This document shows, piece after piece, positions 15,001-30,000 of a DNA stretch of 57,225 nucleotides. The position numbers and the translations under genes are program-made. Numbering within the stretch: position 1 is the first letter of the stretch; the number at the start of each line of letters is the position of its first letter. The notes beneath the pieces are model-generated. The model did no database searches. It was not told the origin of the DNA and saw only the letters and a program-made list of their open reading frames with translations. Source of the DNA: a bacterium (GTDB taxonomy: Bacteria; UBA9089; CG2-30-40-21); the NCBI GenBank assembly GCA_030018795.1, contig JASEHA010000001.1, positions 1 to 57,225 of the forward strand, given 5' to 3'.

Positions 15001-18000
15001 GGTAATGGCTATAATAATGAACAGATAAGGATTGAGTTTGGAGACAGGGCAGCTATTACGACCATAACCGCCAGTGGAGGGGGCACATTTGCCACGAGCT
15101 TTATGGTTGATACTCAAGTATATGGAACAACAAGCGTGGGTGCAATTGGTATTACATCACAGGTTCCGGCACAGGAGAGGATTTTTGTAATATTGCCAGC
15201 CGTGTTTAGGGTTACACCAACTATTGGTACGGTTGGAAGTCCTGTCACTATTTACGGCAATGGTTATGGATCAGATCACTTGATTCAGGTTGATTTTGGA
15301 ACAATACCAAGCATTACTCAAACAACAAGTGATGTTTGCGGCTCATTCACAGCCAGCTGGACAGTTGATACGCAAGCCTATGGGATGACATTGATCACAG
15401 CAAAGGATGTTAATATTGCTCCAGAAATAGTTTCTGCAAACAATACCTCCTTTACCATCTGGCCAAATATCATCCTTGTTTCAACCTCCGGGACAGTTGG
15501 CTCTTCTGTACAGGTTCAGGGGAATGGTTATGGAATAAACGAGATAGTTGACATAAACTTTGGGACAACTCCAGGTATAACAGAGATTGGAGCAAATGGC
15601 ATTGGTGTGTTTACTACAAACTTTACAATCAATCTCCAGCCATATGGCACTACTACGGTCAAGGGTGCAGGCAGAAGCACATCAAATGTTGTTATTCCAG
15701 AGAAGCTATTTAATATCCTGTCTAAGGTTACAGGTGTAATGCCTGCTATTGGGTCAGTAACAACATTGGTTACAGTCTACGGCAATGGCTTTGGTGCAGA
15801 GGAAAAGATATGGGTGAAGTTTGGGACGACCGTATCAATTACAAGCACAACCACAGATATCTATGGCTCGTGGACAGCCACATTCAGCATAGATACTCAA
15901 TATTATGGTACCAAGACAATCACGGTAAATGGTGTTAATTCAGGCAGATATGATTCTGGCATGACTAAGTTAGTTGCCAGAATGTATCAGGTTTCGCCAA
16001 TATCAGGCACAGTAGGCAGTACAATAACCATTTGGGGTGATGGATATTCACCATATGAAACACTCAGATTTCAGTTTGGGAAATATTCTGCAACCAATCT
16101 AAATGGTAGTATTAATGACTGGATAGCGGCATCTGGTGAAGGAACATTTAGTGTATATTTTGTGGTTAGTACCCAGTCTGCTGGTACAACAACGATTACT
16201 GCTATTGGTGATGTAGCAAAATCTGGTCAAATTGTAAAAAATATATTCTATATCAAGGGTAAAATTCTCAATATTCTTCCATCAAATGGTACAATTGGAA
16301 GCAGGGTAACGGTTACTGGTAATGGCTTTATCTCATCTGAAAGTGTCAGGATTGATTTTGGGCAGAGTATGAGTATTGCTATAGTCAGCACCAGTATTGA
16401 TGGGACATTTAGTGTTGGTTTTACAGTTGATGTTAAACCAATGGGTACGGTTACAGTGGCGGCTGTAGATAGATTGACCACAGATAGTAATATCTTTATG
16501 GTCAGGTCTGCTTTAACCAATATTTCACCCACAGCTGGTATGGTCGGGACACCTGTTTCTGTTTCAGGCAATGGTTTTCAGGCAGGTGAACAGATACAGA
16601 TTGATTTTGGCAGCAAGATAACCATGACTATGACAACGGCTGATATTAGTGGCATTATAGGTGTTACCTTTACAATAGATGAACAGCGAAATGGTAATAC
16701 TCAGGTAGTTGCTACAGGTGTAATTACAGGGGCAACAGGAAGCATAGGATTTACTATCAGACATAATTTAGTCTATATTACCCCTGCATCAGGCACAGTA
16801 GGCAGCAAGATAACAGCTTATGGTAATGGCTATGTACCCGGGACAATAACCATTGGATTTGGGAATAAATTTGGGCTTACGAATAGTGTGATTAATCAAA
16901 ATGGCAGTTTTACGGTTAGCTTTACAGTTGATACTCAAGCTTATGGTTCAACCGCAGTAAGTGCTCGTGATGGACAGAATAACTCAGATACAGAGGTGTA
17001 TACCATCCTCCCCCATATTACCCAGGTTTCACCTATGGCTGGTACAGTTGGTTCAATTGTTTCTGTGCGTGGTGATGGGTATAGTGTAACAGAGCAGATA
17101 AGGATAGGGTTTGGTACGAATAATACCATTACTACGGTTGTTGCCGGACTTGATGGTTCATTTAGTAATGCTGTATTTACTGTTGACATTCAGCCGTCTG
17201 GTACGGTGGCTGTTACTGCGGCAGGGTTATTGGATCAGTCTATGCATGTAGATACAGATGAGTATCGGATTAAGGGGAATATTGTTGAGGTAATACCTCT
17301 ATCAGGAACAATTGGTTCATCTGTAACCGTTACAGGTAATGGTTTTGGGGCATTAGAGGGCGTGCAGATAGGGTTTGGGAATACGCCATCTATAGCCACG
17401 ACTCAGGCAGCAGGGGTGGGAACATTCTCAGTTGGATTTACAGTAGATACTCAGGTGTATGGAACAAATACGGTAAAAGCAAATGGTATTACTACAAATG
17501 ATATAAGTTATAAATATTTTGTGATTACACCAGATATCTATTTCATTACTCCAGTAGATGGGACAATTGGCACACCTATAACCATTGCTGGTAATGGTTA
17601 TGAATCAGGCGGTGTGATTAGAATTGATTTTGGGACAATTGATGGTGTTTATAGCTGTAATGCCAACTCTGTTGGCACATTCACCGCATGGTTTAATTCA
17701 ACCATTCCGCAACCCTATGGAACAACTACTATTACCGTAAGTATTATTGATACCGCACAGATAGCCTATAAATACTTTACTACCCTGCCAAGGGTTTATA
17801 GCGTAGCACCAACAGAGGGCTCAGTTGGTACGAGTATTACGGTATGTGGCGATGGGTATGGTAAGAGTGCGAGTGTCAAAATAGACTTTGGCAATACAGT
17901 AAACAGGGTAACTGGACAGACTAATAACTCTGGTACCTTTACAGCAGTGTTTACCATTGACACACAAATTTTTGGAACAACAACGGTTAAGGCATTGGGT

Positions 18001-21000
18001 GCAGGGTATTCTGCTGAGAATATCTGTCGAATAATACCTGGGATTTACCTGGTTACACCATCTCGCGGTATGGTTGATCAATTAATTAGTGTCCATGGAA
18101 ATGGGTATAAGCCGGGTGATAATATTACGGTTAATTTTGCTGAGCAGCAGTTTAGCAACATAGCTTCTGCAGATATATCGGGTCAAATGACAGCTATATT
18201 TACTGTGCCTGTTCAGCCTTATGGCACAAGGACAGTTTCAGCCATTGGAGATAATTCAGGAAGGGAGGCTCAGAATAGCTTCTTTGTTGTGCCATATATT
18301 TACAGCGTTACACCTCTAAGCGGTACTATTGGAACGCCAGTAACCATTTCAGGCAGCGGTTATCAGGGGTCAAACACCGTAAGCATTGATTTTGGTACGC
18401 GTGATGGTGCAGAGTGTGGTATTTTGCAATCTACGAGTAATAATGGTACATTCAGTTATACATACGATACCCTTATGCCACAGCCTGCTGGAACAACCAC
18501 GATTATTGCCTGGCAATCAGGAGAAAGATATACAATAACAGATTCAGACACATTCTTTATTAAGGCAAGCATTGTTACTGTCAGTCCGAATGAGGGTACA
18601 GTAGGCACACCAATTACCATTACTGGCACAGGCTTCTCACCTACCTATCTGGTTAAGATTGGTTTTGGAACTACTGCCTCAAGGACAGGCTGTCTGACCG
18701 ATGGATCAGGGATATTTACAACCATATTTACCATTGATACACAGGTGGATGGGACATGCACCATTACCGGTAATTGTGCGATTAATACGGCTACCAATAG
18801 TTTGAGGATTAAACCGGCTATTATCAATGTCACACCAATTGATGGCAGTGTGGGCACGATGGTGATTGTCAGTGGTAATGGGTTTGGCGGGTTGCATAGC
18901 ATTAGGGTAGCGTTTGGGAATAATTCTTCGATTGTGCTTGCTTCTTCAGCTATCTCTGGCTCATTTACAACAAGCTTTACTGTGGATGAGCAGGTTTATG
19001 GTGAAAAACAGGTTAAGGGTCATGATGATATAGATAATGTATTTAATGATATGTATCAACCGTTGTTTACCATTAAGCCAAATATCACCCTAATCAGTCC
19101 AAAATCTGGCACGGTTGATACAAGTGTTCTGGTGACTGGTAATGGTTTTGGTGAAAGCGAGACTGTCAGAGTCAAGTTTGGAACAACAGAAACCATTGCA
19201 ACAACACTTTCTACTGGCACAGGGTATTTTGAAACCTTGTTTACGGTTGATAATCAGTCTATAGGGATTAATACCATCACGGCCTTTGGCTTGAATACGA
19301 GCCAACAGGCAGCAACATATACCTTCAGGGTTATGCCAGGATTGACAGCCATTATGCCAACACAGGGTACGGTAGGGATAGTGGTTACATTAAGCGGTAA
19401 TGGTTATAAGGCACTTGAGCCGATACATATTGGTTTAGGGACAACACCAACCATTACCATGACTACGGCTGCTGCTGAGGGGACGATATACGCTACATTT
19501 ACAATTAATACTCAAGGTTATGGGACACAGGCAGTTAAGGCAATAGGGCTTACTTCTGGCGGGACAGCGACGATTAACTTTAAGATATTACCGCATATTA
19601 CCCTGATTAGCCCATCTACAGGAAGTGTTGGGACAAATGTTACGGTTTATGGTAATGGGTTTATAGGTAATAGTGCATTAAATATCCTGTTTGGAACACA
19701 GGGGATAGTAGCTATCAGAACTCCAGGAAATGATGGTTCGTTTGGAACGGCTACCTTTGTAGTTGGCTATCAGCCGTTTGGCAGTACAACGGTTACAGCC
19801 AGAATGGTAGATACAACAGATGTGGGAGATACAGGTGTGTTTAAGATATTGCCAGATGTTGTGATTGTTACACCATCATCTGGTACAGTTGGAACAGTGG
19901 TAAATGTTCAGGGGACAGGGTTTATAACCGGCGAGACGATTGGTATTGTGTTTGGCAGTTCAACCTTTGGCGGAGGGAATACGCCTGATGCATCAGGTGT
20001 ATTTACATGCTTCTTTACAGTGAATTCTCAACCCTATGGTACGACAACGGTTGAAACTATTGGCTATACATCGTTAGTACCGGTTCATAGAAGCTTTATT
20101 ATCCTGCCCAAGCTGACCGATGTTTTACCTGTTAGAGGCACGGTTGGAACAATTGTGACCATATGGATGGATGGGTTTGCAGCCAATGAAAGCATTCGTA
20201 TCGCTTTTGGTAAGAATGCAAGCATAACCTATGCCACAACCAATGATAAGGGGACATTATCAACCACATTTACGGTTGATACACAAATCTGCGGGACAAC
20301 AACCATAACCGCTTATGGGACAACATCAGCTGGTAATGTGTTTGTTATTGATCCGCAGATAATCCTATTTGCACCGGTATCAGGGACAGTAGGCAGTCAG
20401 GTGAGTATTGCTGGTGATGGGTATGGTGGACTTGAAATAATTAAGATACGGTTTGGTGGGACATCTATTATCAAGACAACAACTGCCTCAAGCAATGGCT
20501 CATTCTCAACCACCTTTACCATAGATACACAAGCTTATGGTCCAACAACCGCAACAGCCATTGGTTCAAGTTCTGGCAGGCAAGTTGAGCGGATATACCA
20601 GATTCAGCCAAATATCATCTCTATTGTGCCAAATACCGGCAGTGTGGGAACAAGGGTAACGGTTAGAGGCAATGGGTTTGGGGCAGGCAATAGTATCAGG
20701 GTGGAATTTGGGGTAAATACAGCTATAGTAAATACCACAGTCGCAGCAAACGGATCATTCACAGCCATATGGACAGTTGATACTCAAGTGTTTGGGACAA
20801 CAACGATTACTGCGTATGATGAGACAACCAATAGCTCTGGCACATTTACTATACTGACAAACTTCTATTCTTACACACCAAAGAGCGGGACAGTAGGCAC
20901 ACCAGTGATAGTCAATGGTAATGGGTTTGGAGCAGATGAGGGTATACGGATAACATTTGGTGCAAATACAACCATAACAACCGTAACAACAGATGACAGA

Positions 21001-24000
21001 GGACTGTTTACCTCAAGCTGGACCGTTGACCTTCAGCCGTATGGCACAAAGACGGTCAGGGCAGAGGGACTTGTCAGCGGGCAGACATTTAGTGATATAT
21101 TTGATATTAGTTCAGTCATAACAGATATGAGCCCAACCATTGGCTCAGTAACCACTCAGATAACCATCAGCGGCAATGGGTTTGGTGCAAATGAAAACAT
21201 CAGACTGGACTTTGGTCTGACAACAGGGATACAAAATGTTCTTGCAGATAAAACTGGTTCATGGACAACCACATTTACTATCAATACCCAGATGTATGGG
21301 ACAAAAAGCGTCAGGGCAGTTGGTGCAAGCTCTAATCGGACAGATTATCGAGACCTGAAGCTGGTAGCCAGACTGTGGCAGGTATCACCAACAACAGGAA
21401 CGGTTGGGACAAGGATAACGGTTTGGGGCGATGGATATTCTAATCAAGAAACAATTTACTTCAATCTGGGGATACTTGGTACTATCGCAACCACTCCATC
21501 ATTAATCCAGGCATCATCTGCTGGGACATATAGTGCTAACTTCATCATCAATACTCAGGTTTCTGGAACATGCACCATTGAAGCAATTGGATTTGGTTTT
21601 GGCAAGTCAAATCAGCGTACCACAAACTATATCTGGATTGACGGACATATTACTAATATTTTACCAACATCTGGTCCTGTAGGAACATTTGTTACAGTTA
21701 CTGGTGATGGGTTTGGCAGGAATGAGGTTATACCAATAGACTTTGGTAAGACTGCAGGCATAACCAATATTTTAACCAGTGAGTTTGGCACATTCTCAGT
21801 TATCTTTACGATTAATACTCAATCATTAGGGACAACAACCATTCTTGCTACTGGCAGTCTGACTAAGGATGATGATATATTCAGGATTACAACAGGTATT
21901 GCTACCATCAGTCCTGTTAATGGTACGGTAGGAACATTAGTGTCGATTACCGGTGGCGGCTATCAGGCAGATGAGCCTATTCGTATAAGCTTTGGTCAGA
22001 CAATGACAATTAATACGTGTGTTGCAGATACCAATGGCTGGATAAATGGAAGCTTTACGGTTGATGAACAGGTATATGGTTATAAAACTGTAACAGCTAC
22101 AGGCATTAATTCTAACTCTGCTGGTAATATTGGGTTTAGTATATTGCACAACCTGACATATGTAACCCCAATAAGAGGGACAGTAGGTAGTGTGATTACT
22201 GTCTATGGTAATGGATATAACGCTGGTCCGATATACCTTGAGTTTGGTGATAAACCTCTTATTGAAACAGGTAATACCACAAATGATGGGACATTTGCTA
22301 TCACCTTTACCATTAATACTCAAGTGTATGGGACAACTACGGTCCATGCTTTTGATTCTAAAGGGAAGCGGGATGCAGATGTTGTCAATATTCTGCCTCA
22401 TATTATAAAGGTATCTCCAACCATTGGTTCGGTTGGAACACTGATTACCATCAGTGGTGATGGTTATGCTAATATTGAGCCTATTCGGATTGCTCTTGGC
22501 TGGACACAGACGATTGCTATGACCAATGCCAGCGACCATGGTTCATGGACAACGACATTTACAGTAGATGTTCAACCATCCGGGACAGCAAGCATTTCAG
22601 CCTATGGGACAAATGATGAGATAAACCATCAGGAGCATGACCTGTTCCGTATCTGTGGCGAGATTACTCTTGTTTCACCAACTAAGGGCAGCGTTGGGAC
22701 AACTATTACTGTTCATGGTAATGGGTATGGTGCCTCAGAGACAGTATTGATAGACTTTGGCTTAAAGACCCCAATTGTCAGCCCGGTTTGTAAGTATGAT
22801 GGAACATTTAGCACAACCTTTACCATTGATACCCAGGTGTATGGGACAAAGACATTAACCGTGACCGGTCAGAATACAGCTGATGTTGATATACGAAGAA
22901 TAAAGGTTATACCAGAGGTAGTCTGGGTTAGCCCATTAAATGGTACGGTTGGGACAGTGATTACTATCTATGGCAGTGGTTATGCTGGGACAAGCACACT
23001 TTTTGTTGATTTTGGGACAGAACATGGGGTTGGTTGGAGTGCCATGAATAGTATTCTTATTGAAACATCAGAGAGAGGGACATTTACAGGTGTTCTTGAT
23101 ACCACTATACCTCAACCATATGGCTCAACCACGATCACTGCCTATCATGAGACAAGAGAGATTACAGCGGATAACTGGTTTACTATTACACCAAGGATAT
23201 ATCAGGTAACACCAAATGTAGCTACGGTTGGAACTATTGTTACTATTTATGGTGATGGCTATGGTGCTGTTGGTACGGTTAGTGTTAAGTTTGGCAAGAC
23301 ATTATCTATTACCATGGGGCATACAGACTCAGCAGGGACATTCAGTGCTATATTTACGGTTGACACTCAAAGCTTTGGAATAACAACCATTACTGGTTAT
23401 GGCCGATTTGCTCAAGCTCATGAGTCAGAAAATATCATGCAGATTATTACCAAGGTTTATGCTGTCACCCCAACCATTGGAAGCGTTGGAACCATAGTCA
23501 CTGTTTATGGTAATGGCTATGCAGCATCAGAGGCAATAGAGATATTGCTTGATACAGAAAAAATGACCATTATTTCAGGTGAAAATACAAGTGAGAATGG
23601 TACCTTTGCAGCTAAATTTGCGATAACAACCCAAATGTTTGGCACTAAAGTGATTACAATTACTGGACCAGTTTCTAAGTATCCTGCATACAACGGATTC
23701 TTTATCATTCCAGAGGTTTATTCTGTTGTGCCAACCACTGGTACGATAGGGACATTTATGACCATCTCTGGCAGTGGTTATGGTGATAGTAAATGGGTAT
23801 ATATTAATTTTGGGACAAGACCAGGAACAGAAAGCAGCAGACTGGTGAGGACACAAAATAATGGTACATTTGTCTATACCTATGTGCCAGAGGATGAATA
23901 CCCACAGCCAGCAGGGACAACAACCATCACTGCATGGGAAGAGGGTGGGGATGTGCTGCGTGTTGCGGCTAATGTATTCTATATTCAAGCACATATCTTC

Positions 24001-27000
24001 TCTGTCAGTCCAGCCGAGGGCAGCGTAGGGACAAGAATAACCATTGATGCTGATGGGTATTCAGCTAACTTCCCGGTAAGGATAGACTTTGGGACAATAC
24101 AGAGCAAGGCAGTTGGAACAACCTCTGCTTCAGGAACATTCAGCACCAGCTTTGTTATTGATCCTCAAGCTTATGGGGTAACAACCATTACAGCTACCTG
24201 TAAGCTAAATACTGCTGCAAACATATGCACGATACTGCCAAACATTATTCTGGTCACACCAACACATGGCAGTGTAGGCGTAAGAGTTACAGTTCGTGGC
24301 GATGGTTTTGGTGCTACAGATACCATTAATCTTGATTTTGGCAGCACAATAAAGATTGTAACACCAATGTCTGATAAATATGGGACATGGACAACTATAT
24401 TTACCATTGATCTTCAGCCATATGGGACAACAACTATTTCAGCCTATGACGAAGAAACAATACCTGTTATTTGGGCATATGACAGGGTCAGGATTGATAC
24501 GCATATTACACTTGTAACACCACTTTCAGGGACAGTGGGATCAGTAGTAAGCGTAACAGGTAATGGGTTTGGAGCAAGTGAGCAAATAAGGATTGAGTTT
24601 GGGACAACGCAGAGTATCACATCTGTTATGTCAACAAGTGATGGATATTTTGAAGTAAACTTTACGGTTGACAGTCAGTCAATAGGTACCAATACCATTA
24701 CTGCTTATGGATTAAATACCGGGCAGAGTTATGCTACCTATACCTTCAGGGTAATGCCCAAGCTAACGAGTATTGTGCCTACAGAGGGCACGGTTGGGAC
24801 AACCATAACCCTGTATGGTGACGGCTTCCGCAAGAGTGAAACCATTAAGATTGACTTTGGCAGTACCCTGACCATGACGGTTGAGGCAAGCAATGATGGT
24901 TCATTTGTGCGTGAGTTTGTGGTCAATGAGCAGGCATATGGGACATGCTCGGTTGTGGCCACAGGGCTTTCTTCTAATGGCAAGGCAAGCATTGACTTTA
25001 AGATATTGCAGAGTATTATCTATCTAAGCCCAACAACCGGTACTGTGGGCAGGGTTATAACAATATCAGGTCAGGGTTATGGTTATCATAACTATGTAAG
25101 GATACAGTTTGGAACAACCCAAACCCTGACACAGAAGCTTACGAGTGATGGTGGAACGTTTACCCATACATTTGCCATTGATACTCAAGTTTATGGGACA
25201 ACAACACTGACTGCATGGGATGATAATCATAATATTTATATTGAAAGGACACTGTTTATCCTGCCAGAGATAATCACTGTGACACCAAATAGTGGTACGG
25301 TTGGCAGCTCTGTCACAATTGCTGGTAATGGGTATCAGAGGGACGAGATTATTCGAATTGAGTTTGGATCAAATATAAATAGAACAATTCCTCTGACTGT
25401 TGTTACCGAATATGGTTCGTGGACAACTACATTTACTGTAGATACTCAACCATATGGCACAACAACTATTACTGCTACAGACGGATTAGCAGCTACCTCA
25501 AAGCTGTATACCATATTGCCAGAGATTATCCTTGTTACACCAAACAAGGGGACGGTTGGATCCATGGTAACTGTAGCTGGCAATGGCTATGGCTCTGGCA
25601 AGCAGATAAGGCTTGAGTTTGGCAGCGTGACAACAAAGATAAATACAATGGCTGATGTCCATGGTTCGTTTACCGTCAGCTTTACGGTTGATACCCAATA
25701 CTATGGCACAACAACGATTGGAGCACATGATGATGATAATCAATTAACAATTCGGAAGAAGTATACCATCCTGCCCAATATTATCCTGGTAACACCAAAG
25801 GCTGGAACGGTTGGAAGTTCAGTAATTGTTGCTGGTAATGGGTTTGGGATGGCTCGAAGTATCAGGATAACCTTTGGCAATACCCCAACCAGGGTAGTTC
25901 AGGTTTGGGCAGAGCATTGCGGATCATTTACCGTATCGTTTACCCTTGATACTCAAAGCTATGGCACAACAACCATTACAGGACATGATGATATGTCTGG
26001 GATTAGTGCCTCAGAGACAAATATCATTTTGCCCGAGATTATTCTGGTAACACCGGCTAAGGGTACGGTGGGGACGATTATTACCATTGCTGGTAATGGT
26101 TATGGCTCATCCAGGCAGGTGAGGCTTGAGTTTGGCACTACGCAAACCATTACTACGGTTCAGGCACAGGTCAATGGCTCGTTTACCACAACCTTTACGC
26201 TGGATACTCAAGGTTATGGGACAACAACCATTACGGCTCATGATGATTTCTATCAGGTAAGGTCAGCCAAGGCAGCGGTTATCCTGCCCAATATATTTAG
26301 TGTTTTACCGCAGTTTGGTTCGGTGGGGACATTGGTTACTATCAAGGGCAATGGTTATGGGGCTACTGAGAATATCAAGGTTGACTTTGGGACAACACCA
26401 GATGTGAAGCGGGTAGATACCGATGTTACTGGTTTATTTACAACTGTATTTACTGTGAACCTCCAGCCATATGGAACAACAACGATTATGGCTATTGGGG
26501 CAGGGACAGGTGTATTTAGCTGGAAGCAGTTTGATATCTCATCTGTGATTACAGATATGACACCAACCAACGGCTCTGTGAGTACAGTGGTTAATATCTC
26601 TGGTAACGGCTTTGGCAGCTCAGAGCCTATTCGTATAGTCTTTGGACAAAATGCAACCATTACCAAAACAACCTGTGATGTTAATGGTTCATTTACAACA
26701 ACCTTTGTGATTGATACCCAAATTTATGGGACAAAGACCGTAACCGTTATTGGACTTGCTTCAAACAGGAATAATTCTCGCAACTTCAGAATTGATGCAA
26801 GCATTGTCTATGTTTCACCGAGTTATGGCAGTGTTGGCACAGTGGTTACCATGCTTGGGACAGGATATGGCGTTGAAGAATTTATCTATGCTCATTTTGG
26901 AACAAAACAGCAGATTGCCTCTCTGCTTAAGGCAAGCCAGAATGGTTCGTTTACCATCAGGTTTACTATTGACACTCAAGCCCTGGGAACAACTACAGTT

Positions 27001-30000
27001 ACAGCTGAAGGGATGAACAGGGCATTGCAAAAGGCATACAATACCTTTGTCATCAAGCCAGAGGTCTGGCGGGTATCACCAACAGAGGGTGTTGTGGGAA
27101 CACTTGTTACGGTTTGGGGTACTGGTTATGTATCAGGTGAGACTGTCAGGCTTGACTTTGGAACAAAGATTGAATCAGCTACGGCAAGTGCTATTATTGA
27201 TGGCAGCTTTGTGGCTTACTTTGTGGTTGATACTCAGCCAGTTGGGACAACCACTGTCAGGGTAACAAGCACCACTACTGCTTGGACGCATTATAACTAT
27301 TTCAAGATAACCACAGGTATCTTTGTTACACCTCAATCAGGGAGTGTGGGGACAACCATCAATGTTTGGGGTGCTGGTTATCAGGCTGATGAGCCGGTAA
27401 GGATAGGCTTTGGGACAAATAATAGTATTACCACTACTCAGGCATCTAATATAGGCAATATCAATACCACCTTTACTATTGATGCCCAAGCCTATGGCCC
27501 TCGCCCAGTAGTGGCTGCTGGTATGGCATCAGGTGTAGCAGCAGCAACAACATGTAACATATTCCAGCACATTACCCATGTTTTGCCAAATACTGGTCCT
27601 GTTGGAACAGATGTTGAGGTCAGGGGTGATGGCTATGAATGCACTGATACGATATCTATCAAATTTGGGACAACACAACAGATAGTCTTTGGGCCAGCAT
27701 CATATGATGGTACATTCTCACTCAAGTTTGTGATTGATACTCAAAGTTATGGGACAACAACCATAACAGCTACCGGTGTTAATGGTATTAAAGAGGTTGA
27801 TGATGATACCTTCTTCATCACCTCAAAGGTGCATGTGGTTACGCCAACTACAGGCTCAGTAGGCACATTGGTCAGTGTTATTGGCAAGGGTTATGCAGCT
27901 ACTGAGACCATCAGGGTAACCTTTGGGACAACAATAACCATTGTTTCACCAATAACCTATATCAATGGTATGTTTGAAACAAGCTTTACAGTTGATCACC
28001 AGTTCTATGGTACAAAGAGCGTTATCGCTGCTGGTTTACAGGATGAGGTCAATCACTTAGCAGAAAATAGGTTCCATATTGAGTCAGATGTGCCAGTGAT
28101 TACACCAACCTATGGAACGGTAGGCAGCTATATTACCATTGTTGGGACTGGTTATGGAAGCAATGAGAATGTGACCATTGATTTTGGCAAGACAAAGCCA
28201 ATCAAGATACCTGCTGCTGATGTAAAGGGTGACTTTACTATTATCTTTACCATTGATACGCAAATATATGGCACAAAGACCGTAATTGTTACTGGTACAG
28301 ATACACAACAGGTGGTTAACCGATACTATAAGATCATGCCTGAGGTGGTAAGATTGACACCATCCTTTGGTACGGTTGGGGTAAATGTTACGGTTTATAT
28401 GACTGGCTATGGACAGGAAGAGCAGATATGGCTGCACTTTGGGACAGATAGTTATTATAAGAATAGTGCCTATAATACCTCAATCGATGGGACACTTACC
28501 ATGGAGTTTGTGGTTAATACACAACCCTATGGATCAACAACATTAACTGGTGAGGGTGTAAATACAGCATGCTCAGCCTATAATTTCTATGATATTAAGT
28601 CCAATATTATTAAGATTGAGCCGACCACTGGCTCGGTTGGAACGATTGTGATGGTAGCTGGTAATGGATTTGGGGCAATCTCAAATATACGTCTACAGTT
28701 TGGAAATAATGCATCGATTACCTGTGTTGCCTCTATGGCAGAAGGCTCGTTTACAACAACGTTTACTGTTGATACTCAACGCCAGGGGATTACTACGATT
28801 ACAGCATATGACACCAAACAATCAGGTGCTAATGCCTCAGGGACACTTACCATTACTGCTAATATCACTGGCATAGTCCCAACAACCGGTACAGTAGGAA
28901 GCTTTGTCACGGTTTATGGTAATGGCTATGGGGCAACAGAGAATGTCAGGATAATCTTTGGTAAGAATATGAGCATTACTACAACTAAGGCAGCAGAGGC
29001 CGGGACGATTGCAGCTGTGTTTACCATTGATGCTCAAAGCTATGCGACAAAGACAGTTACAGGAAGGGGTCTGAGAACAAACCAGCAGTCATCCATTGAG
29101 TACTTTATCAGGCCGCACATCACCCATGTCCTGCCAGATAATGGGACGGTTGGCACGCATATCACTGTTAAGGGTGATGGATATAGTCCGACCGGGACAT
29201 TGTGGATTGATTTTGGCGGCAGGGTTTATCCATATCAGATTGCGGCAACACAAACCACAGCAGATGGCACGTTTACGGTTGAGTTTGATATTGATACCCA
29301 GCCAGGTGGGACAACAACTATCATGGCACATGACTATTATGATGTGGGAACAATAGCCACATTCTATATTACGGCCAGGATATACACTGTTACACCTGCC
29401 TCTGGCACGGTTGGCACAGGGGTTACTATTTGGGGCAATGGCTATGCTGCCTCAGATACAATACAGGTTAATTTTGGGACAACATTATCCAGGGCAGTGG
29501 TTCAGACAAGCGGGGTTATAGGTTCTGGTAATACTGGTGGTGCTGGTGGAACGTTTACAGTTTCATTTACCATAGATACTCAAATCTATGGCATAACAAC
29601 CATTGTTGCCTCTGGCTCTATCCTTAATCAGGCAACCAATACCCTGATTATTCTGCCAAGGATCATTCGAGTTTCACCAAACTATGGCACAGTAGGGACA
29701 TCTGTGACGGTTTCAGGTAATGGTTATGGCTATAAGGAACGCATTGAGGTTAATTTTGGTACCACGTCAACCATTGCTTATACTACCAGTGAGAAATATG
29801 GTTCATGGACAGTAGTTTATACCATTGATCATCAACCGCTTGGTACAAAGACAATTACTGGCTATGGGCTGGCTACTGGTATATCTGCTGCAGAGACATT
29901 TGTTATCAATCCAAAGGTTGAGTTTGTTTTACCAAACCATGGCACGGTTGGATCAAGTGTGTATGTTGAGGGTGATGGCTATGCAGCCAATGAGGGTATA

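Larger units (their letters stand above)
8491..15726 (+). repeat. Super-repeat copy H0 (28 modules; equals the 21-module pattern plus an internal 7-module duplication).
   Basis: It starts with the unusual module ITLITPTQG-IVTT (G-x-V-T-T instead of GTVGT). Its modules are colinear with H1: long-loop module 8 (...TTTTQPYG), modules 11/12 (F(F/Y)IK(T/A)xI...), module 14 (DNQSIGSNTITA) and terminal modules 25-28 match H1 modules 18-21. Colinearity also extends upstream to at least about 6.95 kb (7470 matches 14695). Confidence 0.7.

Noticed and set aside
15727-21117. A latent 7-module periodicity inside the 21-module super-repeat, with module k resembling module k+7. That would explain the 7-module indel quantum.
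   Set aside because: I compared the leading strands and signature motifs of the 21 modules by eye and saw no convincing k / k+7 / k+14 resemblance. It needs a computed identity matrix, so it is left as a test under the super-repeat finding and not made as a claim.
21937-22539. The longest ORF in the supplied track (200 aa, minus strand) and the other long minus-strand ORFs: 11551-12051, 23575-23994, 32842-33309, 35833-36324, 38266-38700, 55447-55851 and 55906-56364.
   Set aside because: They lie antisense to the uninterrupted frame +1 ORF. Their peptides are low-complexity (Cys/Asn/Ile/Ser/Pro-rich) mirror images of the sense motifs. S-I-N-G-K is the reverse complement of TTT ACC ATT GAT ACT (F-T-I-D-T), and P-T-V-P is the reverse complement of G-T-V-G. 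The same words recur in all of them, with no independent start or RBS context and no room for a separate gene. They are shadow ORFs.
26750-27016. Plus-strand ORFs of 60-88 aa in frames +2 and +3, for example 1031-1216, 26750-27016, 29096-29356, 35168-35431 and 43278-43466.
   Set aside because: All are out-of-frame readings of the repeat. The recurrent L-P-L-I-L-K-x-M-G-Q-Q-P is F-T-I-D-T-Q-x-Y-G-T-T-T read one base later. They are Leu/Gln/Arg-rich, short, and each is terminated within one or two modules. They are not genes.
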